In this document: piece after piece, positions 47,470 to 63,126 of the stretch
How the letters are laid out: each line of letters begins with the position of its first letter
Position numbering within the stretch: the stretch's first letter is position 1
NCBI RefSeq assembly: GCF_006345805.1
Contig: NC_043011.1
Coordinates: forward strand, 868,001-932,000
Direction of reading: 5' to 3'
DNA: 64,000 nucleotides
From: Octopus sinensis
Lineage: Eukaryota
Notes under the pieces: generated by a model
Told to the model about the DNA's origin: nothing
The model's database searches: none
The model's input: only the letters and a program-made list of their open reading frames with translations
Made by a program: the position numbers and the translations under genes

Positions 47470-47858
47470 AGTGGCTGTGTGGTAAGTAGCTTGTTTACCA
47501 ACCACATGGTTCCGGGTTCAGTCTCACTGCGTGGCACCTTGGGCAAGTGTCTTCTACTATAGCCTCGGGCCGACCAAAGCCTTGTGAGTGGATTTGGTAG
47601 ACGGAGACTGAAAGAAGCCTGTCGTATATATATATATATGCGTGTGTGTGTTTGTGTGTCTGTGTTTGTCCCCCTAGCATTGCTTGACAACCGATGCTGG
47701 TGTGTTTACGTCCCCGTCACTTAGCGGTTCGGCAAAAAGACACCGATAGAATAAGTACTGGGCTTACAAAAGAATAAGTCTTGGGGGTCGAGTTGCTCGA
47801 TTAAAGGCAGTGCTCTAGCATGGCCGCAGTCAAATGACTGAAACAAGTAAAAGAGAGT
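47470..47858 (+). mobile_element. SINE family A copy, followed by a SINE B fragment (to about 48065)
   Basis: Head-to-tail match. Confidence 0.9.
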
Positions 47859-48369
47859 AATGGTAGCAAGCTAGCAGAATTGTTAGCATCCCAAACAAAA
47901 TGCTTAATGGGATTTTGTCTCTCTTTACATTCTGAGTTTCAAATTCTGTCAAGGTTGATATAACCCTTTATCCCTTCAAGGTTGATAAAATAAGTACCAG
48001 TTGAGCACTGGTGTCGATGCAAACAATTTTTCCCCACTCCTCAAAATTTGCTTGTCTTGTGCCAAAAATAAGAAAGAATTATTTGTAGTAGTAGCAATAG
48101 TAGTTGTAGTAGCTTCTCATATTTTATGTTTTAGCAGTTTCTCTTTTCTGTTGTATAACATGCCCAACAGTTTCCAGTATTCATCCTTTTTTTTCTATTT
48201 TACTGTCATATCTTTCTAATTTTCTTTTCAAATAGTTTACTTGAGTCAACTTTACCATGAACAGACTTGAGCAAAAACACATTTATACTTGTGTGAATTT
48301 TGTTTTTTACTTTCAGACATACAATAAAAGATATATATAAACAGATACACAAGACATTTTTTGGCTACT

Positions 48370-48410
<41 letters not shown>

Positions 48411-48489
48411 TTATACATGTATATATTTTTACATGTATATATTTTTACATTTATACATGTATACATGTATATATTTATACACGTATACA

Positions 48490-48887
48490 TACTCTTTTAC
48501 TCTTTTACTTGTTTCAGTCATTTGACTGCGGCCATGTTGGAGCACTGCCTTTTTTTTAGTCGAGCAAATCAACCCCGGGACTTATTATTTGTAAGCCCAG
48601 TACTTATTCTATCGGGCTCTTTTGCCGAACTGCTAAGTGACGGTGATGTAAACACACCAGCATCGGTTGTCAAGAAATGCTAGGGGGACAAACAGACACA
48701 CACACATACATATACATATATATGACAAGCTTCTTTCAGTTTCCATCTACCAAATCCACTCACAAGGCATTGGTCGGCCCGGGGCTATAGCAGAAGACAC
48801 TTGCCCAAGGTACCACGCAGTGGGACTGAACCCGGAACCATGTGGTTGGTTAGCAAGCTACTTACCACACAGCCACTCCTGCGCCTA
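48490..48887 (-). mobile_element. SINE family A copy inside a TATACAT-type minisatellite (about 48390-49410)
   Basis: The same ATTTATACATGTATAC repeat lies on both sides. Confidence 0.85.
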
Positions 48888-49593
48888 TATATGTATATAT
48901 ATTTATACATTTATACATGTATACATGTATACATTTTTACATGTATACGTTTTTACATGTATACATTTATACATGTATACATTTATACATTTATACATGT
49001 ATACATTTATACATGTATACATTTATACATGTATACATGTATACATTTATACATGTATACATTTATACATGTATACATTTATACATGTATACATTTATAC
49101 ATGTATATATATGTATATGTTTATATTTGTATGTATACATATATGTATATGTTTATATTTGTACATATACATATATGTATATGTTTATATTTGTATGTAT
49201 ACGTATGTTTATATTTGTATATATGTTTATATTTGTACGTATATGTTTATATTTGTATGTATACGTATGTTTATATTTGTACGTATATGTTTATGTTTGT
49301 ATGTATATGTATATGTTTGTACGTATATGTATGTATATGTTTGTACGTATACGTATGTATATGCTTGTATGTATACATATGTATATGTTTATACGCATAC
49401 GTGTATGTTTGTACAACGCCGGGTCATAGTGCTAGTGTTATATAAAAATGGGGCTCAAGTGCTAGTGCATGCATATACAGCTGCGTGCGTGCACATATAC
49501 ACTCGAGTACTGTCCAAATCTCTGACCAATCACATACAGCTAGCTGGCATTCAATTGGCTTATCAAGTTTCGAGCATTTTGATTGGGTTTTGG

Positions 49594-49910
49594 ATACAGC
49601 TCAACTTGTCACCAGTACCTGGTCCTTGGGCATCTCTATATGAATAAACGGCAAAATGTCTGCGTGTGTGTCCTTTATACAAATCCACAATTTTTCAGTT
49701 AGAGGGCTCGCACTTTCTATGGTCATTCAAATCACTTCTATTGATTTTTTTTAATGACCACCCATGGACAGATTTGAATGACCATAGAAAGTGCGAGCCC
49801 TCTAACTGAAAAATTGTGGATTTGTATAAAGGACACACACGCAGACATTTTGCCGTTTATTCATATAGAGATGCCCAAGGACCAGGTACTGGTGACAAGT
49901 TGAGCTGTAT
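49594..49910. repeat. 140-bp-arm inverted repeat with 37-nt spacer
   Basis: 49594-49733 / 49771-49910 appear perfectly complementary. Confidence 0.9.
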
Positions 49911-50754
49911 GTTAGACCTACCGCCCAAATTATGACTGACTGCCTGTGTTACTGAATGGATGATTATCCTGTTACTAAGGTTGAAAGATGTAGGTAAAGT
50001 AAGCACTAAATCTGGTACCATTATATTTACATCTGTTAATGGATAATAAGGCAGGTGTTTTAGTGAAAAGACAGGAAGAAGAGCCAAAGACCTACTATAT
50101 AGATAGATGAGTTCTTTTTGGTTGTGGATATGAAGCTACATTCAAATTTGTGACATTTATGATCCATTCACCAACAAAATTTATACAGAACATAAGTTCT
50201 TTCTATCACTGAATAAAAACAATTTCATAATTCAGTGAGAAAAAAGTAGATAAAAATTATAATGATGGTGATGATGATAATGTTGTAGGGGAGGGGTAAA
50301 TATAATAACGATGATTGACTGCAGAGGTGAAGATAAAGGGGAAAAGGAAAATCAATTTTTAAAAAAAATTATATAGAAAGGCATATTTACTTTGATGAAA
50401 TATTAAAAAATAAAAAAAATATACACATATAATTCTAAACTTAAACAAGAATATTGCAAAGAAAAAAAAATCATTTCAGGATTTTTTTGGGGGGGGGGGA
50501 TGCCTTGGAATTGGTAACTAATAGAAAGTTTGTATGTGTTATATAAAAATGTGTAAATCAAATTTTTACTTCCATTTCATGGTGTTCCATAGACAATAAC
50601 TAGAAAAAAATTATTTATGGGAAGAAGAAAATTATTTCTTTATATTGGCTTTTACTAACATTCTTTTTATTTTATCTGCATCTTGAAATTTGGTATTGGA
50701 ATAAAATGACAGTCCATTGCTTGGCAGCTCATCATCATTGTCAGCCACGTCTTT

Positions 50755-50793
<39 letters not shown>

Positions 50794-51489
50794 AAAAGGA
50801 AAAGAAATAAATAAAAACCATATTTAGAAGCTACACTCTATTACATTACACATACACACACATAAGTAGTAGCAAAATAATTATAAGGTGATGCACATGC
50901 ACTCAGATCTGAGTACATGGCATCCTATAGTAGAAACAGCCGTAGGCCAATGAAGTTGATTATGTAATTCTTGTTATCTTTCAATTTCTTTAGTTCTATA
51001 TTATGCTCTGTACCCTCTGAATGCTTTATTCTGAAGCATATGTATATTGAGCTCTAAAAGCAGGTTTTTTTAGTATTGTTATGTCTTAGTAAAATCCTGT
51101 TTGTTTGTATGTATGTATGTATGGATTTTTCTTTGACATCCATTGAAGTTCTTGAGAATTCAAGCCAGTTGCTTACAAAGCGACAAGACTTTTTGAGTTA
51201 AGAGTTTCCGGTGTTTGTAAATATGTGGTTCAGTTGGGGTATGTATGTATGTATGTATGTGTGTGTATGTGTGTGTGTGTGTGTATGTGTGTGTGTGTGT
51301 ACGTACGTGTGTGTATGTATGTATGTATGCATGTGTGTATGTATGTATGCATGTGTGTGTGTGTATGTATGTGTGTATGTGTGTATGTATGTATGTATTC
51401 ATGTTCCCTTTCCCTTTTCAATTTCAGAGTAAATTTTGTTTGGCCACCTACTTAGTTGCAATGTTGTGAGGGAAAGCATCTTGTTTTAA

Positions 51490-53385
51490 CTGTCATCCAT
51501 TAAATCTTATGAAGATATTGCAGATTTTTATAGTCTCAGATATCTTGATGATTTGTAGTGTATGAATTAAGGATTTATGCTCTCTCCCCAAGAACTCAAG
51601 TTCAGCCATAGTTTGCTCCAGATGGGTCAGTATGTATCCTGTTGCTCCAATAATAATAGATTTGAAACTGAATATGTATCTTGGGTCCTGGATTTGCAAA
51701 CTTCTTATCAATGGTTCATAGATGTCCTTTTTCTCTTGTATTTTTCTCATCGTATTCATGTCCAGAGGGCAGCTGATTTCCACAACAGAACATACCTTTT
51801 CTTGTGATCCCACACAACAATATCTGGCCAGTTGTTTTAACTTGGCTCTCTTTTACTCTCTTTTGCTTGTTTCAGTCATTTGACTGTGGCCATGCTGGAG
51901 CACCACCTTTAGTCGAGCAAGTCAACCCCAGGACTTATTCTTTGTAAGCCTAGTACTTATTCTATCAGTCTCTTTTGCTGAACCGCTAAGTTATGGGGAC
52001 GTAAACACACCAGCATCGGTTGTCAAGCAATGTTGGGAGGACAAACACAGACACACAAATGTATACACACACATACACATATATAGAACATATACGATGG
52101 GCTTCTTTTAGTTTCCATCTACCAAATCCACTCACAAGGCTTTGGTCGGCCCGAGGCTATAATAGAAGACACTTGCCCAAGGAGCCATGCAGTGGGACTG
52201 AACCTGGAACCATGTGGTTGGTAAGCAAGCTACTTACCACACAGCCACTCCTGTGCCTATGTTTTAATGGCTGTTTTAATTTTTAAGATCCACCAATGTT
52301 CTTTTGAGACATCAGTCTCAATATGGTCAAATTTGTCGATAGGTGTTTTCTTTTTTGTTATCCTATTTTTGGCCACTGCATCATACCTCATGGGAAGATA
52401 ATTTTTGGAAAACATTCTCTTGCAGTTGGCAATAATGTTATTGATGTCTTCAGTTGCACAGCTTACATTTCTTGTCTATCAACGTTTCTACCTTTTATAC
52501 TGTAGGTACTTGGTGGGGATCTCTTGTTCTTGTATTGCATGGACGTAGCCTTTAAAGTGGGATGTCATGAACTTGTTGGTAATCCATGCCAAGCTTTTGA
52601 TATGATCAATCCCTTCTATGGTTTGTGTTTTACATGGCAAGTACCCATGTACTATCATCTCCATGGGCTGCTCCATTTTTTATTTTGTTCTTCTGATACA
52701 CAATTTTTACCAATGCTCCTTGGGGAATGATCTGTATCAGTTCTTACTTCCTACCTTTCCTTGAGTTCATTAGCAATCCTGATTGTGTTGTTGATTTCAT
52801 GATCACAATCTTGGGCAAGATAGTTATTGGTTTCTTTCCTCTGCTGCAAATGTTGTTTCAGTCTAACAATAAGTGCTTCATGTTCTATCATACAGACCAT
52901 AGCCATGATCCTCGTGTGGGAAGTATAGCCTCTCTACCGATGTTGAAGTTTCGTATAAAACTGAGCAGTTTGCAAGTTCAAAGGTGAACAGGGAATCAGA
53001 GTAATATTGTTTTGATTCTCACCTTTGTAGCTCCTATTACGAAAAGAAACACATAGTGAGGAATAAATATTGAGTTCTTGCAGTGACCAGTTCAGAAGGC
53101 CACTGCAAAGGTGTTGTGGGCAATATGCTTGTTGTAAGCTGGGAGTTCTGATGACCACATTCTCTTTAGTCTCCTGAGATATTCATTCCTGTTCCTCCCC
53201 TTATTTATGGGTCCATCATATCTGAAATTCTCATCTTGTTCAAAATACTTATAATTTTCACTTGTATTGTCAAGCTGTTTATTCATAGGTTTTCAGTAGA
53301 GCACAGCTTTTCCACATTTTATTGTCAAAATATGCACATTTGGACCCACCAAATTTCATTCTAATCCTGTAGAAAAATTGGGGTA
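51490..53385 (-). pseudogene. R4/Dong-like (R2 superfamily) LINE 3' part with restriction-like endonuclease, split by SINE A (51849-52259)
   Basis: FGGSKCAY, YKYFEQDE..EYLRRLKRMWSSEL..NTFAV, GYVHAIQEQEIPTKY, PDIVVWD..VEISCP..YEPL..IIIGATG. Confidence 0.8.
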
Positions 53386-53456
53386 TGCATGCATGCATGC
53401 ATATATGCATGCATGCATATATGCATGCCTGTTTGCCAATCTTCCTGTCTGTCGCT

Positions 53457-53866
53457 TTTACTCTTACTCTTTTACTCTTTTCAGTCATTTGACTGCAGCC
53501 ATGCTGGAGCACCGCCTTTAGTCGAGCAAATCGACCCCAGGACTTATTCTTTGTAAGCCCAGTACTTATTCTATCGGTCTCTTTTGCCGAACCGCTAAGT
53601 GACAGCGACATAAACACACCAGCATCGGTTGTCAAGCAATGCTAGGGGGACAAACACAGACACACAAACATACACACACATATATATATATATATACATA
53701 TATACAACGGGCTTCTTTCAGTTTCTGTCTACCAAATCCACTCACAAGGCTTTGGTTGGCCTGAGGCTATAGTAGAAGACACTTGCCCAAGATGCCACGC
53801 AGTGATACTGAACCCGGAACCATGTGGTTGGTAAGCAAGCTACTTACCACATAGCCACTCCTGCAC
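53457..53866 (-). mobile_element. SINE family A copy
   Basis: Head-to-tail match. Confidence 0.9.
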
Positions 53867-54459
53867 CATGCTCCTGTCTGTATATAATTTTTATCTCTTA
53901 CTGGTTTCAGTCACTGTTGGGTCACTATTTTCATGGATTTTTTGCTGACTATAGTGTCTGCAGTACTTATAAGTATTGGTACAGGTTTTAGCATTGTATA
54001 GTGGCTACCTACCTACCTACCTGCATACCACCTTCCATCTGTCCATCCATCCATCTGTCAGCCTGTCACCTAAATTTACATATATGTAAATAATATATCA
54101 AAACAGAAGTTTTGAAAAACTTTTGCTATTATTTATTCCTCACTACGTGTTTCTTTTCCTAATAGGAGTTACAAAGGTGAGAGTCAAAACAATGTTACTT
54201 TGATTCCCTGTTCACCTTTGTAACACTTATTAGGAAATGAAACACCTGTAGTGAGGAATAAATCATGCCAAAATATTTTTCCAGTCTTCTGTTTTCATTT
54301 ATAGTTGCTCTGCCAAAAACTTTTATCGGTACTTTTTAACTATTAGGCATGCCTCACGAAAATATAACAACTCCATACAATTTTGGAGTACTGGAATATG
54401 CAGGTGTACTTCATGAGGGCACAGCTTGAATTATAACCCTATCTACATACTGTGTATAT

Positions 54460-55125
54460 AATGTGTGTGTGTGTAATTGTGTGTGTGTGTGTAATTGTAT
54501 AGGTGTGTGTGTAATTGTATATGTGTGTGTGTAATTGTATGTGTGTGTGTGTGTAATTGTGTGTGTGTGTGTAATTGTATATATATGTGTGTGTAATTGT
54601 ATGTGTGTGTGTAATTGTATATGTGTGTATGTGTGTGTATGTGTGTGTGTGTAATTGTATATGTGTGTGTAATTGCATGTGTGTGTGTGTGTGTGTGTAA
54701 TTGCATATGTGTGTGTAATTGCATGTGTGTGTGTGTGTAATTGTGTGTGTGTGTGTAATTGTATATATATGTGTGTGTAATTGTATATGTGTGTGTAATT
54801 TTATATATGTGTGTGTGTGTAATTGTATATGTGTGTATGTGTGTGTATGTGTGTGTGTGTAATTGTATATGTGTGTGTAATTGCATGTGTGTGTGTGTAA
54901 TTGCATGTGTGTGTGTGTGTAATTGTGTGTGTGTGTAATTGTATATGTGTGTGTGTAATTGTGTATATATATGTGTGTGTAATTTTATATGTGTGTGTAA
55001 TTGTATATATGTGTGTGTGTGTGTAATTGCATATGTGTGTGTGTGTAATTGTATATGTGTGTGTGTAATTGTATATGTCTGTGTGTGTAATTGTATATGT
55101 ATATGTGTGTGTGTGTGTGCATATG
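54460..55125. repeat. (TG)n-TAATTG(T/C)AT minisatellite
   Basis: More than 25 variable units GTGTGTAATTGTATAT. Confidence 0.9.
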
Positions 55126-55534
55126 CATATATATATATATACGCTTCTGTACAGGCACATGCAAAATGAACATGAACATATAAATCATTGCTTTTAAAAA
55201 CATTATTTAAAAACATTATTTAAAAGCATTATTTCAAAACATTACTTAACAAAGCAATTTCATAACTTTGCTTGGATGGAGTTTAAGACACTTACAATAT
55301 TACCACAACAACTAGAAATTAGATTTAAACATGAGCATGAATCAGCCATTCATGCATATGTCATTCACAATGGTCTTCAAACAAAAAGACATGAGGATAA
55401 GTATTTTCTTCAGAATTACATTTCATATTTCAAAGCAGGCTTCGTTTATCAGCTGAAGATTTGGAATGAGTAGCTCTAAATACTGTCTCATTATAATTGT
55501 GTGTGTGGCACAATTTACATTTCTTTTATATGAC

Positions 55535-55735
55535 TCTTTTACTCTTTTACTTGTTTCAAGTCATTTGACTGTGGCCATGCTGGAGCACCGCCTTTAGTTG
55601 AGCAAATCGACCCCGCGACTTATTCTTTGTAAGCCCAGTACTTATTCTATTGGTCTTTTTGGCCGAATCGCTAAGTGACGGAGACGTAAACACACCAGCA
55701 TCGGTTGTCAAGCAATGCTAGGGGGACAAACAAAG

Positions 55736-55776
<41 letters not shown>

Positions 55777-55947
55777 CATATATACGACAGGCTTCTTTCA
55801 CTTTCCGTCTACCAATCCACTCACAAGGCTTTGATCGGCCTGGGGCTATAGCAGAAGACACTTGCCCAAGATGCCTTGCAGTGGGACTGAACCCAGAACC
55901 ATGTGGCTGGTTAGCAAGCTACTTACCACACAGCCACTCCTGTGCCT
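55535..55947 (-). mobile_element. SINE family A copy
   Basis: Head-to-tail match. Confidence 0.9.
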
Positions 55948-56360
55948 GTATATGTATATCAACATGCAGATAAATTATGAGACTGACAAATATAAATGTT
56001 TTTAGTCTACATCTGCAGCAGGTATTTTGGTGTGTTTGGATAGATCACATAAATCTACTGAAGCTATTTGGAATGTTAGTTGAACTAGTTAGGAAGCATA
56101 TTTCAAGTGAGATTCTTTGGTTTTTCCTGAACAATATGAAACCAGAGTAAAACAATAATCCTGAGATCTTCAGTGTTTTACAGAAAAATCTTGAAGAGCA
56201 ATATAAATATTTTTATTATAATGTATGAAGTCTACTTACAGTGTTCATACAAGAGACTGGTAGCATACTAGTTCTACTGAAGTAAAACAACCGAATGCTA
56301 TTGCTCTTTGTTTTGTGCTGTGTTTGGAATTTAGTCCCTTAAATTTTGTGTATTAACTAA

Positions 56361-56726
56361 TCAAATCAAAATCATAATCAAAATCGATCAACATCAATGG
56401 AAATTGTAGCTGTGATACCAGTGCCGGTGGCACATAAGAGAACCATCTGAACGTGGCCGTCGCCAGTGCCACCCTGACTGGCCTCCGTGCCGGTGGCATG
56501 TAAAAAGCACCATCCGATCATGGCCATTTGCCAGCCTCGTCTGGCACCTGTGCCGGTGGCACGTAAAAAGCACCCACTACACTCATGGAGTGGTTGGCAT
56601 TAGGAAGGGCATCCAACTGTAGAAACATTGCTAGATCAGACTGGGCCTGGTGCAGCCTTCTGGCTTCCCAGACCCCAGTTGAATCGTCCAACCCATGCTA
56701 ACATGGAAAGTGGATGCTAAATGATG
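56361..56726 (+). mobile_element. SINE family C (RTE-tailed) copy flanked by a 140-bp direct repeat
   Basis: Ends AAATGATGATG; flanking repeat at 56221-56360 / 56727-56866. Confidence 0.85.
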
Positions 56727-58021
56727 ATGTATGAAGTCTACTTACAGTGTTCATACAGGAGACTGGTAGCATACTAGTTCTACTGAAGTAAAACAACCGA
56801 GTGCTATTGCTCTTTGTTTTGTGCTGTATTTGGAATTTAGTCCCTTAAATTTTGTGTATTAACTAAGTCTACCTTGCCTTTGAACTTGTGGCCTTGGCAG
56901 AGTTTAATCATTCTAGAGTGGAAATTAAAACGGAAATTACATAAAGGTATAGAACCATATTTTTGAACTGTTTAGCTCTCAGTTATAGGTCTGTTTTAGC
57001 AGAGCAGCCTGAGGTTGTTCAACCACAGCTACACCAATAAGTTTAACAAATTAGCAACATATAAGGAAGCAGTAGGATCTGAGAGCAGTAATGATAGTGT
57101 GCATCAGTAATCAGTGTCTATAAACAGTTCAAAAGTGGAGTAAATTGGTTTCTAGTTTTGGAAAAGTTTTATGGCAAATCAATTTATTACAATTTTATGT
57201 GCCAGTAACACATTTTTTTGTTCTTCAGTAGTGCTATTTGTTAATTGCTTGTGTTGAAAAAGTATAGAAAACGGTTATTGTGACTTAGATAATAATATTT
57301 AGAAATTAGTTATCTCCTCTAGGAAAACAGACAAATTTGCATTTTTTTTCATTCAATTAAGTCAGGAAAGGAACATGATAACATATTTGAAACGGATTTA
57401 TACTTAGGTTTTACAAAAGAGTTATAAAAGTTTTGAAACAAGTAGTTTTTTGAGATTGCAATATAAGTTCGCTTTCATGTATCAAGCCTAAAATATAGTC
57501 TCTGATCATGTTTCACTGTCTGCTTCTTGGTAGTGACAGTCATGTTTTGGTGCAAGCACTAGAGTTGCTTCCCTGAGTGTGTTCTCATGTTGTCCTTGAA
57601 TTTATCAATATATTCAACAAAACAATTTACGGTAGTTTTTTTCACCAGTTCTCAACTATCTCCACATAATTTCTTGCCTTGTGATTGCCTGTGAGGCAAT
57701 CACTGCAGGAAAATGGTCCCCAGCTACTTTTTACTTCCAACAGAGCATTCTAGGGAATTCTATAGCTTCAAGGTCCTTTACATCTCTACAACATAAGCAC
57801 TTGCTTTGACCTCTGCTTCAGACTGCTTTGAGAAGAAATGTAGATATGTAACCACTGTAGACTACATATCAAGAGCTGTGTCAAATTGTTTCAGTGTAAA
57901 TAGAGAAGACTGCCAGTATATTACTTCAGCTAGAGTAAAAAAAACAATTTTATGTGTAATGATGGGAATAACAACTTCTAGGAATTCACAAGTATTTTAC
58001 AATTGATGTAGTTGTTCTTTG

Positions 58022-58570
58022 TGGAGGCGCATGGCTTAGTGTTTAGGGTGTTGAACTCATGATTGTAAGGTTGTGGTTTTGATTCCTGGACCGGGCGATG
58101 CGTTGTGTTCTTGAGCAAAACACTTAATTTCATGTTGCTCCAGTCCACTCAGCTGGCAAAAATGAGTAATCCTGTGACGGACTGGCATCCCGTCCAGGTG
58201 GGGAATTTCTACGCCACTGAAACCGGGAAACCGGCCCTTATGAGCCTGGCATGGCTCGAGAAGGAATATTTATTTGTGGAGGCACTTGGCCTAGTGGTTA
58301 GAGCAGCAGACTTGTGGTCGAGGGATTGTGGATTCGAATCTCAGACTGGGTGGTGTGTGTGTTTATGAATGAAACACCTAAGCCCCATGCGGCTCCAGCA
58401 GAAGGTAATGGCAAACCTCTGCTGACTCTTTCGCCACAACTTTCTCTCACTCTTTCCTCCTGCATCTTGCAGCTTACCTGCGACGGACCGTCGTCCCGTC
58501 CAGGTGGGGAAACTATACGCCAAGAAACCGGGAAACTGGCCCTTATGAGCCAGGCATGGCTCGAGAAGGA
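58022..58570 (+). mobile_element. Two tRNA-headed SINEs in tandem (about 58022-58262 and 58275-58570) sharing a tail
   Basis: GGAGGCGCATGGCTTAGTG / GGAGGCACTTGGCCTAGTGG heads; common CGTCCAGGTGGGGAA..GAAACCGGGAAAC..GGCATGGCTCGAGAAGGA tail. Confidence 0.8.
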
Positions 58571-60185
58571 ACAAACAAACATAGTTGTTCTTCACAAATA
58601 ATTTGGTCCATTTTAGTTTGTGCCTTTTGTACCCCTGCAGTCCCAAAGATAGCAGTGAAACTTGGTAAAGCCACCTTGGAGACTCATCAAGAATGCCATT
58701 ATTTTAAGTCTTTGATACTCCAGCCATACTCATCACATTTCAAGGCTTCTAGCAAGCAATATTCTCTCTAAGGTGTGCACTTGTACATGCATGTTCATGA
58801 TTTACAACTAGTGCGTGCACATGCATGTATGCACGCACACACACACAAGATGTGTGCATATGTGCTTTCCAAGATGAAATTAATTTTTTCAGTTGAAGAT
58901 GGTTATTTGCAAACTTTGCAAAGGAAGACAAAATGAGTGTGCAAGTAAATTTTTGCACTCACTCAAAATGAAATATCAGAGGGAACCTTGCTAGGGATAT
59001 AGTAATGCTGTTGTATTCTTCACTGAGATGCTCTGAGTTAGCAAGAGGAAGAGATGGGTACTTTTTGTTATTCTGGAGTAGCCTAGCTTTGAGTTTCTTG
59101 AATGAGCAGCTAATGGAGAAGTGTCATTCATTTGGGTTACAGGCAATTCTGATTGCTTCATTGGTCACATTCTGGCAGAAGCAAAGTTCGGTTTGACGTG
59201 TGAAAAGTATTCAAATGCCCAAGCAGTACTTCCTCTGATTTGTGACTTGTACACTTTCTTCTAAATTGTTCTACTGCTTGAAATAATGTTAAAATCCTAG
59301 CACTGGACATTGTGAGACCAAGATTTCTGACTAAGCCATTAAAGTTTCGGAGATTGGATTAATGTCACTGTCTTTCTCCAGTTGCAACTCTTTAAAAAGC
59401 AATCTATATCTATGTATTTCCCCTGTTCCAACTTGCTGCTCTCTCTTGCAGATAGATTGGGCACAGGGAAATCAGGGCACTGTGACACTGAAGAAATGGA
59501 TGATAGAAGGTCAAGATATATGACAGGAGATGCAATCTTGCTGGCCCAACATTTAGAATATTCTATCATGCAGAACTAGCAATTTCTTCAGCAGTCAGTG
59601 GTTTTCTGATAAATTCCCAAATTTTCTGACAGTGAACTCTCAATGTTCTGTTTTGAAGATAAATTTATTTTAGCTGTGACTAAAGTGTAAAGGATTTTTG
59701 CAACATACCATATCAGGTATGTGTTTTCTATAATAGAGGAAATTTTTATAAAAGTTTGAATTCCAAATTTTGAAAATTCATCATTTTTTATATTATTAAA
59801 TTTCACTATTCAAGGAAGCAAAAATTGTACATCTTACCTTCTCAAGACCTTTGCAGTACTCTCAGGTGAAATGAAATGCATGGAATTTGTCTTGATTGTT
59901 AAAAAGCATGCCAAAATTAGCCTTGTAGACTTCATTCATTTTAGCAGATGATGCCGTATTACGTTTTCTTGATAAATTGGTCAAATACATGGAAAATGTG
60001 TTTATCAAATACTTCCATCCTCTTGATTCTGTCTATGATGAAAATAGATGGGCAAAAACTAAACTGAGCTGGTAAACATAAGGTACCCTACATTTGTATT
60101 CCTATTTATAGTCTAGGAAAGTTCTAGAAAATTTTAGAAAGTTCTTGAAAATTGTAAAAATGTTTGAGAAAATTATCAGCTACTT

Positions 60186-60574
60186 AGGCATAGGAGTGGC
60201 TGTGCGGTAAGTAGCTTGCTTACCAACAACAAAGTTCTGGGTTCAGTCCCACTGCATTACACTTTGGGCTGACCAAAGCCTTGTGAGTGGATTTGGTAGA
60301 CGGAAACTGAAAGAAGCCCATCGTATATATGTGTATATATATATATATGTATGTGTCTGTGTATATGTTTGTGTGTCTGTGTTTGTCCTCCCCCAACATT
60401 GCTTGACAACCGATGGTGGTGTGTTTACGTCCCATAACTTAGCGGTTTGGCGAAAGAGACCGATAGAATAAGTACTAGGCTTATAAAGAATAAGTCCTGG
60501 GGTCGATTAGCTTGACTAAAGGCGATGTTCCAGCATGGCCACAGTCAAATAACTGAAACAAGTAAAAGAGTAAA
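60186..60574 (+). mobile_element. SINE family A copy
   Basis: Head-to-tail match. Confidence 0.9.
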
Positions 60575-61229
60575 GGGTACTTAGCTAATTCTCTCTGAAA
60601 TAGTTCTGAAATATCAGTAAATTTCACTATATCATTACCAAGGTTACAAAAACAAAGTTTGAAGAGAATAATATCCATTTCCTGTACATTTAAAGCAATT
60701 TCAATACAAAAATAATACTCGCTAGTCAGAAACAAAACAAATGTAAACATTTTCTTTACATAGTATAATCTCACTGGTAAATTTTAAATCATAGCATAAA
60801 ATATTAAACATAAACCAATAATATCATTGAGTTATTATTACAAGTTATTTTAATAAATTTATTGTTTTATATGCATACAGGTGGTACACATACTCATACA
60901 CACACACATACACACACACACATACACACACATACACAGACATACATACACATAAACACACACAAACACATGCACACACACATACATGCGCACACATACA
61001 CGCGCACACATACACGCACACACACACACGCACACACGCACATACACACACACATACACATACACACACACACAAACACACATACACACACAAACACACA
61101 TACACACACAAACACACATACACACACAAACACACATACACACACATACACACGCACACACATATACACACACATCACCTGCATCAACCAGACTATCAGA
61201 TGTTATGCACTTCTAATTCTTTTCTAGAT

Positions 61230-61500
61230 TGAACCATTCTTGGCTCAAATTGCTATACTAAATCTTCTTCCCATTGTCATGGAGACCTTCTAAATGGCCT
61301 TTTATGATCCCTTGGATACCACTTGGCAAAGTACAGGTTCTCTTGATGTTTATGAACATTGTGACATGTCTGTCTCAGAGGAACTTGTGCTTTCAGTATT
61401 CTATGACGATATTGTTCACTCTGATCTGTTCTGAATCACCTCTTTCCAGGTATGCACTCATAATATTCCTAGCATGGATCATTCCATAGCTCTTTGTTGT
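61230..61500 (-). pseudogene. RTE LINE C-terminal remnant
   Basis: QRAME*SMLGI..PRDHKRP..RSP*QW resembles the RTE QRAMER.MLG..PR..KR..GRP..W motif. Confidence 0.55.
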
Positions 61501-61515
61501 AGCAAATTGATGTTC

Positions 61516-63126
<1,611 letters not shown>

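Noticed and set aside
57500-59800. Non-repetitive-looking stretch with short ORFs as host exons
   Set aside because: No recognisable protein motif or consistent splice pattern; cannot be supported without RNA data.
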